Shown: positions 22,222 to 36,980 of the stretch, in pieces
Numbering within the stretch: the first letter of the stretch is position 1
How the letters are laid out: each line of letters begins with the position of its first letter
NCBI RefSeq assembly: GCF_964355755.1
Contig: NC_092679.1
Span: 1,766,201 to 1,830,200 of the forward strand
Direction of reading: 5' to 3'
DNA length: 64,000 nt
Source of the DNA: Antedon mediterranea
Lineage: Eukaryota; Animalia; Echinodermata
Notes under the pieces: model-generated
The model's database searches: none
Told to the model about the DNA's origin: nothing
What the model saw: only the letters and a program-made list of their open reading frames with translations
Position numbers and translations under genes: made by a program

Positions 22222-23929
22222 TAAGAATCAATAGGCCTCATTGTAAAGGAATCAGGCATGCCGCCACAGCTTGTTTTATCAACCTTGTCGAAAATAAACT
22301 ATACGGGTATCCTCGGGCCGTGTATGTTTTGATAACAAACAGTAGCACCTTTAAACACCAAACGTTTTTGTTGTTTTCATTACACGGGCCTGCTGCAGTG
22401 TTTTTATTTAAGTTTATACAATATATAGATTCGATTCATGGAAACAATGAGGATGTGTTGGTGTTGCGACAAACTTTTAAATATGCTCAATAAATGTGTT
22501 GTTGATCTGAATCAGCTGATATAATATACTATTCACAACCGGCACCCCACACACTGTTAAAGCATGGCCTACTAAAAACACGGAGGAAATAATTATAGGC
22601 CTAGTCCTCCATCCATGACATACAGTTATCTATCTTGGCCTACCACCACGCTGCTCTAGAAAATGGAACCGAGTCTAATCAACTTGTCTTTGTTGTGATA
22701 AATGAAAAAAAAAATACTAAAGTCTTTTTTTTTATTTAAACTATAACAAAGACGGATCGTAACTTCTTTAATTAAACCATAGTATTCACTATCGATTATT
22801 ACTAAAAAGAATATATAAGCTATATCGCATTAATGTGTAACAAAGAGAAATAAATTATATGGAAAAAATTGTTTTGTTCAATTTACTTTTACGTCGGCAT
22901 GGCAACGATCAAAACAATTGGGCAGATGGTTCTTTGTCTTCAAACGGCATGCTCTTTTTTTGTTCTGCCGAGTATGGTAGTTGAGAACATTCGGAACATA
23001 CTTAACTACAAGAGAATGATTTTTTTTTGTGTGTTAAATTTTAATCTTTTTCTTTGTCAACTTTACAAGTAAGGCAAAATTGAAATAAATAAATATACAA
23101 AAGTTCAAAATTCATTTTCCCCACTAATTTTAACCGTGATCGTCAACAACCTCAGTTACGTCATTTCCTAACATTGTTATTATAATTTAATCAATCATAA
23201 TAATATTGTAGGCCTACTAATTAATATTCATTCTAAAAGCCTACACATTTCTATAAATAAACAATGTAGTTTTAAGTTGGAAAGGTTATTTTACATTTAT
23301 GACATTTTTGCATAAATAGATTAGTGTTTTTGGTTTTTAAAAAATGTTAGAAAACAACGCGTGTAAAAACATTAAATGTGCATTTATAATCATCACAGCT
23401 TGAGTTGAGGGAAAAGAGTGGCTAATTACAGAACCGTACAATCGATAAATCTTAACCTCAGGGTGGAAATCGAGCCTCATGAACATTATGTAGTTAAATC
23501 AAGGAGTTGCATTAAACCAATCAAATATCTCTATTTGCCTTCGTACATCTTATAATTCATATACGGTCATTTAGATCTATACTGTTGGGAAATCAGAGGA
23601 AACAGAATCAAACACGGACTTTATGTAGATTGTGTGTGGATAAGAAAACTATTTAAACAAATTATGAAGTACATTCGTTGTACAGTAATGTAATTATTTT
23701 TGGTTTGCAATAGCATCTACACAAATTTATGAATATAATAGAGCTGGCCAACTTCATCCATTTTGACTAAAATCTAAATTTAAAATGAATATAGTTATAT
23801 TACAAAATAACCTACTAAAAATAACGAAAGTAATTTTCCAATGGTTTGATTACTATAATAACTATTACTACGTTATTATTTGCACTGATATTGTTTTATC
23901 AAAATATAAATTATTTAGATTGAGGGCAG

Positions 23930-24443
23930 TCGAATAAGTATGTACTTATATGGAAAGTTCGCGCGTAATCATCCAAAAGGTCAATTTAAATGACAAGTTT
24001 ATAAACGACTTCTGATTGGTTGCCAGTACGCTATCTTTCAGCCTTCCGAGAACCCGTCCTAATGATCAAACCCTCTGTTATATTAGATTAATTCGCTTGT
24101 TTTCATAACAAATACTTTAATATCACATTTAAACAATTTCAGTACAAATATAAGGTAGATTTTTATAAGATTTATTAATTTAGATTACTTTTGATAAGAT
24201 TTTGTTGACGAAATTAGAATTTAAAATGATCTGGCAGAGGGAGGAAATGGCTCGTCATGGCGACGGACGCCAGCTGTGGGGCGTCGTGGCTCTCTTTCAT
24301 CATCGACGATAAAAGTTATGTTACGTACTTAGCAAGTGAAGATCTACTAACGTTGGGTAAGAAGAAGACACAGTAATACAATTAAATCCAGAAATATTTG
24401 CTCACAGTTTTCTAATATTTGAAGTCAAAACGTAAACGTAAGT
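23930..24443 (+). promoter_or_regulatory. Probable distal promoter and non-coding first exon of FoxN2/3
   Basis: CpG-rich patch, reverse CCAAT near 24016, donor GTAAGT at 24438; no other gene lies between here and the FoxN2/3 coding exons. Link inferred. Confidence 0.4.
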
Positions 24444-26139
24444 AATACTATTACAATAACTAGACGACACATTGTATTTTAGTTGAAGTTTATGTTTTGT
24501 TTTTGTTCAGAAATTACCAGCACGTGGACACATGTGTAACGTGATTGTTCTTTGCTGTGATTTGTAAAGGGTCAGCGATAAAGCTAAAAATAGGCCTAAA
24601 ACATGCCTCGGAATCCCCTGCTTTTGTAAACAACATGTGCTCAATGGAAGGCCTAGGTTTCAGCCTCATATATAAATGAATTAATACTAAATAGCGTGTT
24701 TTGTTTGTTCGCGTTTATGGTGTGGTTACTGCAGACATAGTCTTGTAATTGAACACTTTAATTTGTCAATTAGCTGTTGTTGTTTAAGTAAATATTTAAT
24801 ATTAGTTTGTAACCACTTTGTATTGCTTTTTGGTAACAAACATGCCTTTTTGTTTGATGTGCTGATTGAGATTGTAATCTTATAGTTAAAGAAGACACCC
24901 TCCACAACTTACAGTACCACCAATCCTTGCCACCCACCCTTATTCATGTACAAGTATTGCATACATAATATGACATGAATCTGTGTGATCATTTTCTATA
25001 CTATCATCTGTAAATATTATGTAATTAATTATATAATTTCAACATTCTTCCATTCCAGAGGAGGAAAATCAATGCATAGATCAATTACATACATTTTATT
25101 ATTTAAGTTATATAAATTAAAGGAAATTCCTCTTGGGTTTATTTGTGTACAGTATCACCATCACGATTGACAATACACAAATTGGTTAAAACTTTTATTT
25201 TTAGGTTGCAAAAAAAAAGAGATATCACTAATTATGATACTTTAATCCCTGTAATCATTTATTCAATCTTTGATTTCAGAATCTCTGGTCCATAGAAAAT
25301 AATGTAATTATGTATAAATTAACAAAAATGAACTGTATAACAAAAGACATTCTCTCATCTGAGGATGCTATACTACCTGGAATGCAACATTATCATTGAG
25401 ACTAATACATTTTCACTATTCTACACATCATCAGGCCATATAATTATAATGATTTTCTTAAAAATGTTTAAAAAGAACGAATTCTATGTAGTCCCTACAT
25501 TATTAAATGTTGCTTCTACAGTTTTATTAGCTATCCAATATGAGCTGGGTACCAGTACATTAGCAATTGTTGGGTATTGTACCCCAGTAGTTATTGTTTA
25601 CTTAAGACCATGTGCTTACACACAGTCTTGCTAACTGGATATTACCCCTTTGTTCTTCCAACGTTAACTGTGCAACAAAGAAATTGATGCTCTACTGCGT
25701 AAGCTCACCCACCTACCCATACATACATATCTAGTATGTATTTCTTGTATTTAAAAATTAAGTTTCTTAACATTTATTGTACACTTCTTTTTCATCCATG
25801 TTTTTATACAAATTTTAAATGATAGTTTAAATTTAACCTAATTATCTGTAAAATAGATGTACAATAATATAACTGTAGATTATGGTTAACTTACAGTATC
25901 CGTCCATTAATTAAAATTTGCATAGTAATTAACTTTTGAACTAATTGTATTATAATTGTTTTATTTGAACTAATTATTAACCAATTATAAAATGAATGGG
26001 ACGGAAGATTAATTATAATCAATAATTTGAATCGTGGCTTATGAAAGAATTGGAATTTAATACTATTGTGGTTATTCTGATAAAGTAGTAATTACCAAAA
26101 GACATTTCCATGTTTGTTCCTTAAAAAAAAAATGTGTAA

Positions 26140-26278
26140 AGCTCTGTCTACACTATCAAACTAGTTTGAAAAAAAAAGTGTGATGTGCCCAAATATGGTA
26201 GTGATATTATGACATCATGTCCATATATGGACACATCACATTTTTTGTCACATAAATTTGATAGTGTTAGACAAAACT
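26140..26278. mobile_element. Harbinger-type MITE family A copy
   Basis: TIRs with TAA target duplication. Confidence 0.8.
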
Positions 26279-29200
26279 TAACAACTTAAACATATTATCA
26301 TATATTTTATGTGAATTAAATTAAATTATACAGTTATTCAATCTTTATATTGCAATCAGTAAGATTAAATGAAATCCAATAGGTTAAAGAAATCAATAAT
26401 TCTAGTTCCAGCCACGGACTAACTCATTAGTATAATTAGATAATTCTGTGGTTATTCTATACCATGTTTAAAATTAATGACAATCCATGTTGCATAATGA
26501 ATTATTAAATAGAGGAATATTAGTCATGTGACCATTTAGATATCTGTACCCATTATGAAATCTATTGGCAAAACACTTTTTTAACCTCCCCTTTTTAATC
26601 TCTATTTAAACGTCTTTTTTCAAGATCTCTTTAAACACTTGTGAACAGTGTAAAAAACACATAATCAGTATTTATAATTATATTGAAAAAAAATGATTTA
26701 TATAAAGAAATGTATTATTAATTGTGGAAAATCATTAAAAAACAGCAACAACATTTTTACACATTTAATTGATTTAATATCATAATATTTATTAATATGC
26801 TAATATCTATAAAACGTCAATAAATATTAAACATACATTTCATACAGTATATGTTTAGAATATATTTGTCTGAGAACATTTCCCTTTGTCAGTTGTGCTT
26901 GAATTTATTAAATCAATTTATTTGATATGGATCATTAAGATTGCGATGGAATACTTGCATTGCGGAATGAATAAATATTAATAATTACTGTAGTTATTTT
27001 GAGATGAAAAAAAGAAGTATTTGCATTTCTATGAATTGAAATCGAATAAACAGACAATAATTTTATTTTATTTGCAACACTACACATGATATATAATCGC
27101 CTGTTTGTTTTAAATTTATTATATTTGAAGACAAATATCTTTTTTATTTATTAAAAAAGCAATAAAATCTGAGCTTGTATTGTGTTACAGTATGATTTTT
27201 TTTTATCTCAACCAGACTTTGGTAATTTGTCTATATGCTGTATGATTTATTACATACCAAGTGCTTTTAATAGTTTGTGGTTATGGTGGATGGTAAAACC
27301 ATAAACCCCATATTATATGTAGTATTGTACCATCACCAGTATCAACAAATAAAAAAAAAAAGACAATTTTAAGCTTTATTTTTAGTGTTAATTTGTCAGT
27401 GTTAAATACTACCTAAATATTTAAGGTTTCATGTAATTTGTTTTTTGGTTGTGTTTGACTCTTGGTAAAATGATTAAGCACGTGCTGAGCAATTGGCCTA
27501 TTGGAGTAAGCACACCTTGACTGGTTTAGTACTGGTATTTGTACAGTGGCCTTTTCTACTATCCTCAGACAAAGAGGTTTCAACTAGTTCATGTCCCAGT
27601 CTGTATTGTTGATACGTTACCATAGAAATCAAGGACTTTTTATGAAGGAGATAATATTGCGTTTAGTTCAAGTATTTAAGTGAGTGGATAGTGGTATAAG
27701 ATGAGGAGCAAGTTGTTACTAATATTGGTCCATTACAACGGCGGCGGTGTAAAATAATATGTTACACACTAGATCTTATGTTCTTATGATTTAATTACTT
27801 GTTGTTGATCGCCCAAACATCAAATATTCAATAACGCCAAGGACTACAAATTAGTAGATCTCAACATTTACAACCTAATTTATGGTTAACATTTTACGCT
27901 TGGTTAAATTGGAATATATGTTGGTGCCAGATATTCATAATTTGAAAAGATGATTAATTAAAGATTAACTTTAATTAGCTTATATGTTAATAACAAGTAA
28001 TACATTAAAAAAAGGTTTGTTTTAATTTGTGTTACAAAAATATTGATTGAATACTGTAGTTAAAATATTTACTTTAGTGATTTCAGTTTTGTAGAATATG
28101 AGGAATAAGGGATATTGATGGTATGCCTATACGTAATTGTACATATAGAGGGGAAGGGGACAATAAAATTAACTCAGTACAAGGGGAGGTCTGTGTACGG
28201 TGTGGGAGAAGTGTACTTGGTATACAGAGTATACTATTATTACTACGGAAGGGCCATGTGCAGTGTGCCCTACAATGACTCTTATTTACTGCTGCTGTAA
28301 ATGTACTGTGATATTTCACAATAAGATACTCCTTCCTTGAACCAGACCACACAAGTACTGTACCTCCTTGATGTCTCAGATCTTCATGCAATTCAGCAGC
28401 ATTCAAAAATTGAATATTTCCTTAATAAATTTCAGTATTTTTACAAAATATAAACTCTTCGAATGTACTGTATGTTCAGCTTTGCAAATATTTGATAGAC
28501 ATTTGAAATAACAATGTAAAAAGCTAAATAACTTCCTTTTAAATAGATAATACTGATTCTTTTCATCAGAGAAGGAAGTAGAGTTAGTCTGCTATTCACA
28601 TCGACTGAAACCTAACGATGATCACATGATCTTCCTGTTCTCATATCTTGCGTATATTCTAGATCATGACTCGTTTCCTGGGCCGGTAGGGAAGAGTCAG
28701 CCATTAGATCACACTTGTGCAAACTGTTGCGATCTCCTTGTCTAATACTTTTATACAGTTGCTAGGGTAGTTCATGGTTATGGCAGCCATGTTTTTTTAA
28801 TTGTGCAACTTTCGCTTCGTTTATGAGAACATTATGAAGGTTTGTACATTTAATTATTTTTTTTTAATAATTTTTTTTTATAGACAGTATTGGAATTTAG
28901 GTTATAAAAGTAGTTTAAAGTTACATAATTAGAAATTATGAATGCAAATTTCTGGAGCCACGTTTGAGGAGTATATTTAATTAATTAAAAATCAATTCTA
29001 CCCAACTTAAATTTGACTATTATTTGACTACAGATGTTATTGTTGATTTTTAAACATTTTTATTGCTGTTACTAGTGTTAGATTACAATATACAGCAATT
29101 CCATAAAGTACTGTACTGTAAGTACAGTATTAATCGATTTAAACTTATTGTAGAGACATACATTTTCTAAATATTTGTGACAGTAAAAATTAGTATCACT

Positions 29201-30277
29201 GGTTATTTTTAATATAGTTTCTATTCATTTTAAATTGCATTTTCTGAAAAAAATAAAACCTAGGGTTTTCTACAGCAGTTTGTGGAACACTCCTTTACAT
29301 TGTGTGCCATGAAAAGCAAACAGAACTGTAACTATTAAATGAAACAAATATATTCACACGGATACTTGGCAAAAAGATTTTAATGTCTTTTTAAAAAGTT
29401 TATTAGCATACAATACCAATGGGACCTTGTTTTGTTACTCCAAACAGTTTGTTAGAGTTTTCTTTTTAAGTGTATTTGATGAATAAAAGTAAAGGCATTT
29501 ACTTTTGTGAAGTATGTTTGGAACTATCTGACTTGTACACAATACATAAAACATTCTTTTGTTGCTTTGGAAAGTTGTGTTGAATTGGAAATAACTAAAG
29601 CTAAATCCTGAAATCAAACAATGTTGGCATTGATTTTTCTGTTGTATAAAAAAAATCCCCAAAACAAAGGTTCTGTTGACCAGATTTACAGCCAAGATCA
29701 GCAGGAAATGATTATCTATCACCATAGCAACACGAATAAGCCAAGGATGTTTTCAAGATAGGAAGTGAAATTGAAAAGTTCAAGCTTTTAATGACCTCTG
29801 TGCTGCTGTTAGCATAGTATATTTTCCACATGGTAATTTTGACGTTGTAATTACTGTTGAATAATGAGCAGTGCAGTTTCGATTGTCTTTCGGCTTCATT
29901 GATTCGATGAGCTATGCATAGAATATATAATTATTCGGACTCGGATACGGCATTTGAATATTTATTACATTATTAAAATGCGAAGCTTGTACAATATTAA
30001 TTTAAAAAAGTTATAGTCAATTGTCCCAATGAACTCCGAAAAAGGTAACTTAGGTCTGATTTTAGAGCTGTAACAAATGTTTACTTACAAACTTTGAAAA
30101 CATAAAGCTATCTAATTAATTTGAAATTATTAAACAATTTTTATTATTAATATTGATAATAATATCCACAATTGATATTTTAACACGATAGCTTTTGTGA
30201 AGTTAGTATTACATGTGAATTATGAAATATTCCAATAAACTTGTACATTTCCTGGAAATGTTTTGCAATCAGAGTAA

Positions 30278-30445
30278 AGCTTTGTCTAAAGGAGTTTGAC
30301 CAAAAAAGTGTGATGTACCCAAATAATGGTAGTGATATGACCAAATATAGTAGTGATATGATATCATAATGTCCATATTTGGGCACATCACATTTTATTT
30401 TTGTCATATAAAGTTTGATAGTGTAGACAGACCTTAGACAGAGCT
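30278..30445. mobile_element. Harbinger-type MITE family A copy
   Basis: Family internal sequence; right TIR partly duplicated. Confidence 0.78.
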
Positions 30446-33072
30446 TGACAATTTTTTTCAGTTTACAAAACAATTCCTGTCAATATGAAAATTCTGTTAT
30501 TAAGATTTCAATTTCTTACTTTTTTCCCATTTGTATATACTGTGTTGATTAATTAATAAAATTTCGTATTAAAAGAATATATAGATAAATCACTTTACTG
30601 ATAAAATCTAGAAAACCAATATTATTGAAAGTTTTCATTACATATATTTGCTACCGAAAATCCATAGCCCTTTATTAAATTAGCCCTAGGGATGAAATCC
30701 TATCAAATGAGGACTCTGTACTGTGATTATTATCTATTGTTTACTGTTACTATGGTAAAGGGAAGCCGTCGCTAGGTATTAACCAAATTGATACACAGTT
30801 CTTCGACTCCATTTTGTAAATAATCATCACTGATAGGCTTTTTGTGAATAACAATTACATGCGTTACAATTATTTGATAAATAATGAATTTAAACATAAT
30901 ACTGTACATGGTAGCTGAATACAAGTTGAAATTGCATATAATTAATTAAATATATCCTCACAGATATTGATTGGCAAACATTATTAAAATTAATGAGGAA
31001 TTGTATTTATTTTGATCTTGTTGTATGACAACATTATTTCTCAAATTAAAAACTCCAAATCCACTTATGTTCTGTCGTATACCGATGAAAGCATTGTGAC
31101 ACGCACTACAGCTAAATAAATATCTAAAAATAGATTATGATGTAATGTTCCCAGGTACTTTGCAATAAAGTAGCCATTTTTGTTTATAAATAACCAACCA
31201 GGAAATATACAACATAAAAGTAATATAATTCTATGTAGTAATGCCAATGGCTCTGTATGTGGTGGACAATGCATTGCAAAAGAACTGTTATTGCACCGAC
31301 AAGGCTAGGAGCTTTTGCTTTGCGATGACCTATGACCTATGCATTGATGTGTTGTCGGTCATGGTCTGGACATGTAAACTACCAAAAATGTATCGGTAGG
31401 AAGCACGTACAAACTTTCCCGCGTCCGCATATCATTACTGTACACCTAACATATTCCTAGGTTGTCGGTTGCTGCAAATCGAAAGCTCCAAAATGTTTTT
31501 ATTCAAATAGAATAAAAAATGCTTCGGCAAAATCGGATAGTAACATCAACAACTAACCATTTGGGTGAATCAGAAGAAAAACTAAACTGAGCCTTGTATT
31601 ATTATTGTAGTGAGAAATGTATCATGGCATTTGCTTTATTACCCACAACTCAAAGAATTTTTAACATAAACTATTTAGAGTACTATGTTTACTTTTAATA
31701 GTGAATGTTTATTTTATGCGTTTGGTACACCTAACCATTTTGTTATTAGCTGTGCATAAACCTGTACATTATAGTATACTCAGTAAAATTGAAAATGTAA
31801 AGCTAAATTGATTCATTTTTTAGGATGTAACAATAACACTTAATAAAAATATGTCACAAAATACCTTTATAATGAAGGTCATTTATTGAATTGTTTGCAA
31901 AATATTTTTGATATAATAAAGCAACAAAGAACGCGATTATCTTTTAAGATAACTATGACATCACACAGAACACAACACATTGAGCACAATACATTTGAAC
32001 ACAATATTCCTTTCATGCGTCAAGAATTTTGTACTTATTATAATTACGTTAATTGACGCAATTTTTATATTTCGTCAAAGTAGAACCGACAATAAAGCTA
32101 TTGTAAAAAACACCCCCATAAATTTTTTCAAACCTGTTTTTGTATCTCTTTTGCAACTTTTTTTTACCTTTATATTTCTATGATCAACAGAAATTTATGA
32201 TAATGATATAATGTATTGTTTGAAGGTTTTTATGGCGAAATCAAATTTTCGTCTGAGAAACTCAACAGTTCTTTTCAGAACTATATGTGATGTACCGCAA
32301 ACTTTATTTATATCAACATTTATTATAATGCTAATGAGAGACTGTCTAATCTAAAGATTTCTCTTACTAACTAGTCTACCATTGTAAGCCTAATATTATG
32401 AAACTAAAGAAGATTGGCCCTCCTGTTTTGGATGATTTTGGAAAAATCAAGGACCATGTGAAAGTTTTCTCAATGATAAACTGAACAAACTGATAACAAA
32501 GGAGTAAATATCTGTAAATCAGATTAACGCTTTATCTTTTCAGTAAAGGTTACAGATTAGATCAAGGGATTAGTAAAAAAGATTAAATCTTGAATTAAAT
32601 TAAGAAATCTCAATACTTTTCCCAAAGTGAATGTTGTAATGTTTGGTTTCCTTGGTGATCACTTAGCAACGATACATTGAGGTCAAATGTCAATCTGGTT
32701 TCATGGCTACACAGTATCTCAGATTTATAACAACTTAATATCAAAAGTATAGATTCAAGGTCTTAAATTATTAATAGGATAATAAATATTTAAATTGAGA
32801 TTAATTTCTATGGATACTTAACATCAAAAAGCTTTGTTTTGCAGTTTTTCCAGTGGTAGGATAATGTATAATTGGTATTGAAGATTTATTATAAATTTAA
32901 ACTCTTCCATTTGGAAAGAAAAGATTGTTTGTGTAAAGATGTTGCCACTTGAGGGCATAGTTAGCATACTGCATCATTTCATTTAATTCAATGAATTTTC
33001 TACTTTAGCATCACACCTCAATCTTCAATGTGAATAGACTATTGTCTATGTAAGTGGCACTCATACTGCCAA

Positions 33073-33225
33073 CAACACTATCAAACTTTATGTGACAACA
33101 AATGTGATAATATGCCCATATGGACACGATGATGTCATATCACTACCATATTTGAGCATATCACTACCATATTTAGGCACAACACTTTTTTTGTCAAACT
33201 AGATTGATAGTGTAGTCTTAGAGCT
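33073..33225. mobile_element. Harbinger-type MITE family A copy (reverse orientation)
   Basis: acactatcaaactttatgtgac ... gatagtgtag..gagct. Confidence 0.75.
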
Positions 33226-34772
33226 TTATAAAAGTGATAATCACCTCAGATCTTAATGATTGCTTAGTATGGTAAAACAAAAAAAAGATCAACATATCTA
33301 CACATACATTACTTTCTATAGCCTACAGTATTATCAGGTGCGTCGTCTGATTGATGCACTAGTTTCTGTTTAGAATTTCTCGCTGATGCGACTTTCGACA
33401 TCGATAATTACGCTGGCGAAATGAAAATGCATCACATTTTTACCTGATCACTTGTGAGTAGTTTCTATGTGAGCTTTCTTTTTCTCTTTGATTTCTCGTT
33501 TAAATTTAGTTTATCTTGGCAGAGATAAATTGATTGTGAAATGTAAAATTTTTCTTATATTAAAGTTAGATTTGTTAGAAATATAACCTACTTCTAGTAC
33601 TAACATAAAAACTGTATTTTATGTAATTTATCAAAATGGCTTTAATATTAAAATCAAAGGCAAATTTAAAATTTAGAAAACGAGGTCGAAAAATCATTGA
33701 ATCAATTTTTTTTTATAACCCTTTATCCGCCCCTGAAACTAAATTTACAACAAGCTTTAATTTATGCGGTCTAATTTAAATATTTATTGCATATTTATAT
33801 TATGCTTTCTGTTCTACCCATTAATATCCCAAGTTGTGTCTTGAGGGAAACAAAATTCTCATTAAACCAGTAGGATATGTTGCTGTAAACCGATCCAGCA
33901 TTAGTTGTCCTATTAACGTAGAATCTCACTTGCTGGCAGCCATGTTTCCTCGTTGTCTTGGCAACGGATCAGCAGTTACAAAAGTTGCAGGTATAGCAGA
34001 TAGTAATAATTTGCTCTGTGAATCACTTTATACAGTGTTCGTCGTCAGCCAGGCAGATTCTGCAGCGTGTCGTTTAAATTTCTTTTAAAGATGTACTACT
34101 ACTTGCAAAATAAATTGTCGTTGGGTAAGCATGACTTTGATTAGATTTGTCTTATAAGTTAGTCCCTAAAGATCATATTGATAGATAGAAACAATTTTGA
34201 ATAATTGCCAATGCATCTGTGACATGTGACAGCTGTGTTGATAGGATTCCGCCAATCAAATTAATTGTTACTCGGGAGCTGGTTGAGCGGTGATGAAACA
34301 TTTTTAGAGGAGTTTATAACACCGTAATGAGGTTTGGAATCGTCTACAGTTCAGGTCGACAGTTTTATAGTTACCCATGGTCTTTAAGAACCAGATTATT
34401 TTTAATGGTTAATATGTAATATAATGGACAATCATCATATTGTAATTGTGAGTATATGGATACTGTGAATGCTAATTTTAAAATTGAATATTATATGCAA
34501 TATGCTACCATATTTAGATGAATGTAGTTTTATTCTAGACATGCCTGAATAATATACCACCATATAATATTAAATATTTTGTGTGCAGTTATAAAAATGA
34601 GAGGGCTATTAATATTGATTGAATAAGATAGCCAATCTGGTAATGTATTTAAGTGTTTTGCATATGGCTATACTGTAAACACAAGTACTATTACTGATTA
34701 AGCAATATGATAACCAATCTGGTATTCTATTTAAGCGTTTAAAATGTTTGTAGCTCTTAATGTTCAGTCTAA

Positions 34773-34903
34773 AGCTCTGTTTACAATGTGCCCAAATATG
34801 GTCGTGATATTCCCAAATATGGTAGTGATATGACATCATCATGTCCATATATGGGTACGTCACATTTTTTTGTCGCATAAAGTTTGATAGTGTAGACAGA
34901 GCT
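34773..34903. mobile_element. Harbinger-type MITE family A copy (internal deletion)
   Basis: TAA|AGCTCTGT ... GTGTAGACAGAGCT|TAA. Confidence 0.8.
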
Positions 34904-36776
34904 TAAGTTAGTATCATACTTGTTCCGCTTTCTAGTCAATTTGAAATTTAAGCAATTAAAGAAAAATCTATGCAATGTAAAAGCCACATTAAGTCAATAT
35001 TTTAATGTGAAAAATTCAAGTAACTATCATCAGTATCTTTACACTCATTGTACAGACTGTGTTTGCACAGGGTACGGTTTCCTTTAACGAACAACGCATC
35101 ATCTCCACTAAGCGTGCTTTGTCGCTTCTGCTCAGATAAAGAACTTACAGTTAATATTCTACAGGGACTTGATCATCGATTAAAATACGAGTTATTCAAG
35201 TTGATCATATGTAATTTCCCCTTCACTCCCTAGATGTTACTCATCCAATAATACGCTGGCGATTTAGTAGATTTAAATTAAGTAGTACAATAGGTAGTGG
35301 CTAATGAGACCATTTAATCCTATATACTCTGCATATTTTATTTATCAATGTCTAATGAGTTGAATTGTTACAATGATTGGAGAAAATTGTTGTGTAGACT
35401 TAAATAAACAGAAAGTCTTTGTGTATAGTTTAACTTGTAGTAGCCTTTATAGAAACGATCAATACTAAATTGTATGTGCTATTATTAATCACATGTATTA
35501 CATTTTCTTAAATGAATGGATCAATTTTACAATAAAACCATAATTTATATCATTAATATTTGTAGTTTAAACTGAAAATTATATATTTGATATTTAGTCA
35601 TCAATAGAAAATTTGTATATAATTTATTATTTAAATAAGGTAAATTTATAAGATAAGTAAAGAAATGTATTAAGTAATTTCTTTATATAACTTGTGCTTT
35701 TATAATTATTAAAAATAAACCAAAAGTAGGTCAGCAAATTGACCTCAAACTTTTTAATGTTACTAATAACAACATACAGAACATTACAACATTACGTAAT
35801 ATTTCCGCAAATATATGTTTTTGAAAAAAAAAGTTTCTCCATTTAATAAGTTCAATAATCTTAATATCTCGTAGCTGGACAGAGATGGCAGTGTCATATT
35901 TCATTAACAGTGACCAGTGATTAATTTTGACGTGGAGAGGCAGCAGCTCTGTAAACACGTATTCCGCAAAGATCGTTCTGATCACGTTTTCAACTGTAAA
36001 GCGTCTATACAGCAAATAACATTGTATGTACTTTAAGTATTACAAGAACTAAGTACAGCATTGTAAACATAATCTTATTGGCCAATAATTGATTTATTGG
36101 GTCTCATAACTTTGCTGCCTTCTCTAGATCCTTGAAGATTGTGTTTACGAATTTTAGCATTCAGAACATGCTGCTGGCACCAGATAGCCAGAATAAATTT
36201 CTGCAGTTAGTCAGACATTCAAGAAAAGAGAATGCCACCAGATAACGATTTAAAATTGTGTGCGAAGTTAGCATTATTTCCGTGTAGCTCTCACAGTCTA
36301 TTATTATTACCGAAGGATTGGGGTGTACCTTGCAAATTTGCCTGGTGTACTCTGACCTCCGACACCCTACTAAACAGTCATTACACTTACACTAAAAAAT
36401 AAACATTTCATAATTTCAATCCAAATGGGATCTTCATATGTTTCATCAAAGACACTATTACATAAGTAGAGAATATTGAATAAATTGAATGAATTTTCCA
36501 AAGAATAAATTATGGTGAGGTACAGTTTTACAACGATTTACCACATTATTTCCTTAAAATTAAGTAGGTTATGTTGAGAATATTTCTTAATCAAACACCT
36601 GGACTTTAATTAAAGGTGCAAATGTTTGTTCTTCAGATTATAGTTAATGAGTTTGCACATGCTGCCGCATGTTTCTTGCTTCACAATTTTCACAAACAAT
36701 GCCTTAAAAGTTATTTTATAACATGTTTCTCTTTCATCATACTACAATTTCTAATGTTTAAGTCTATTTTGTGTCC

Positions 36777-36980
36777 AGCTTACCTGGATAAACCGACATA
36801 GGCCATTTCCCTTTCAAGGAGAGAAAATAACTGGTGTGAAATGAAATGGTAAAGTATATATGGGCATTGTCGTCCACTGACAATACCATCGGTTTGGAGG
36901 GGAATCCTTAATATGTTACTTTTGGAGTTGTGTTCTCCTCTTGAAGGAGAAAGGCCTATGTCGGTTTATCCAGGTAAGCT
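36777..36980. mobile_element. MITE with long terminal inverted repeats, superfamily unassigned
   Basis: 28-bp perfect IR AGCTTACCTGGATAAACCGACATAGGCC / GGCCTATGTCGGTTTATCCAGGTAAGCT, extending imperfectly to about 55 bp. Confidence 0.75.
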
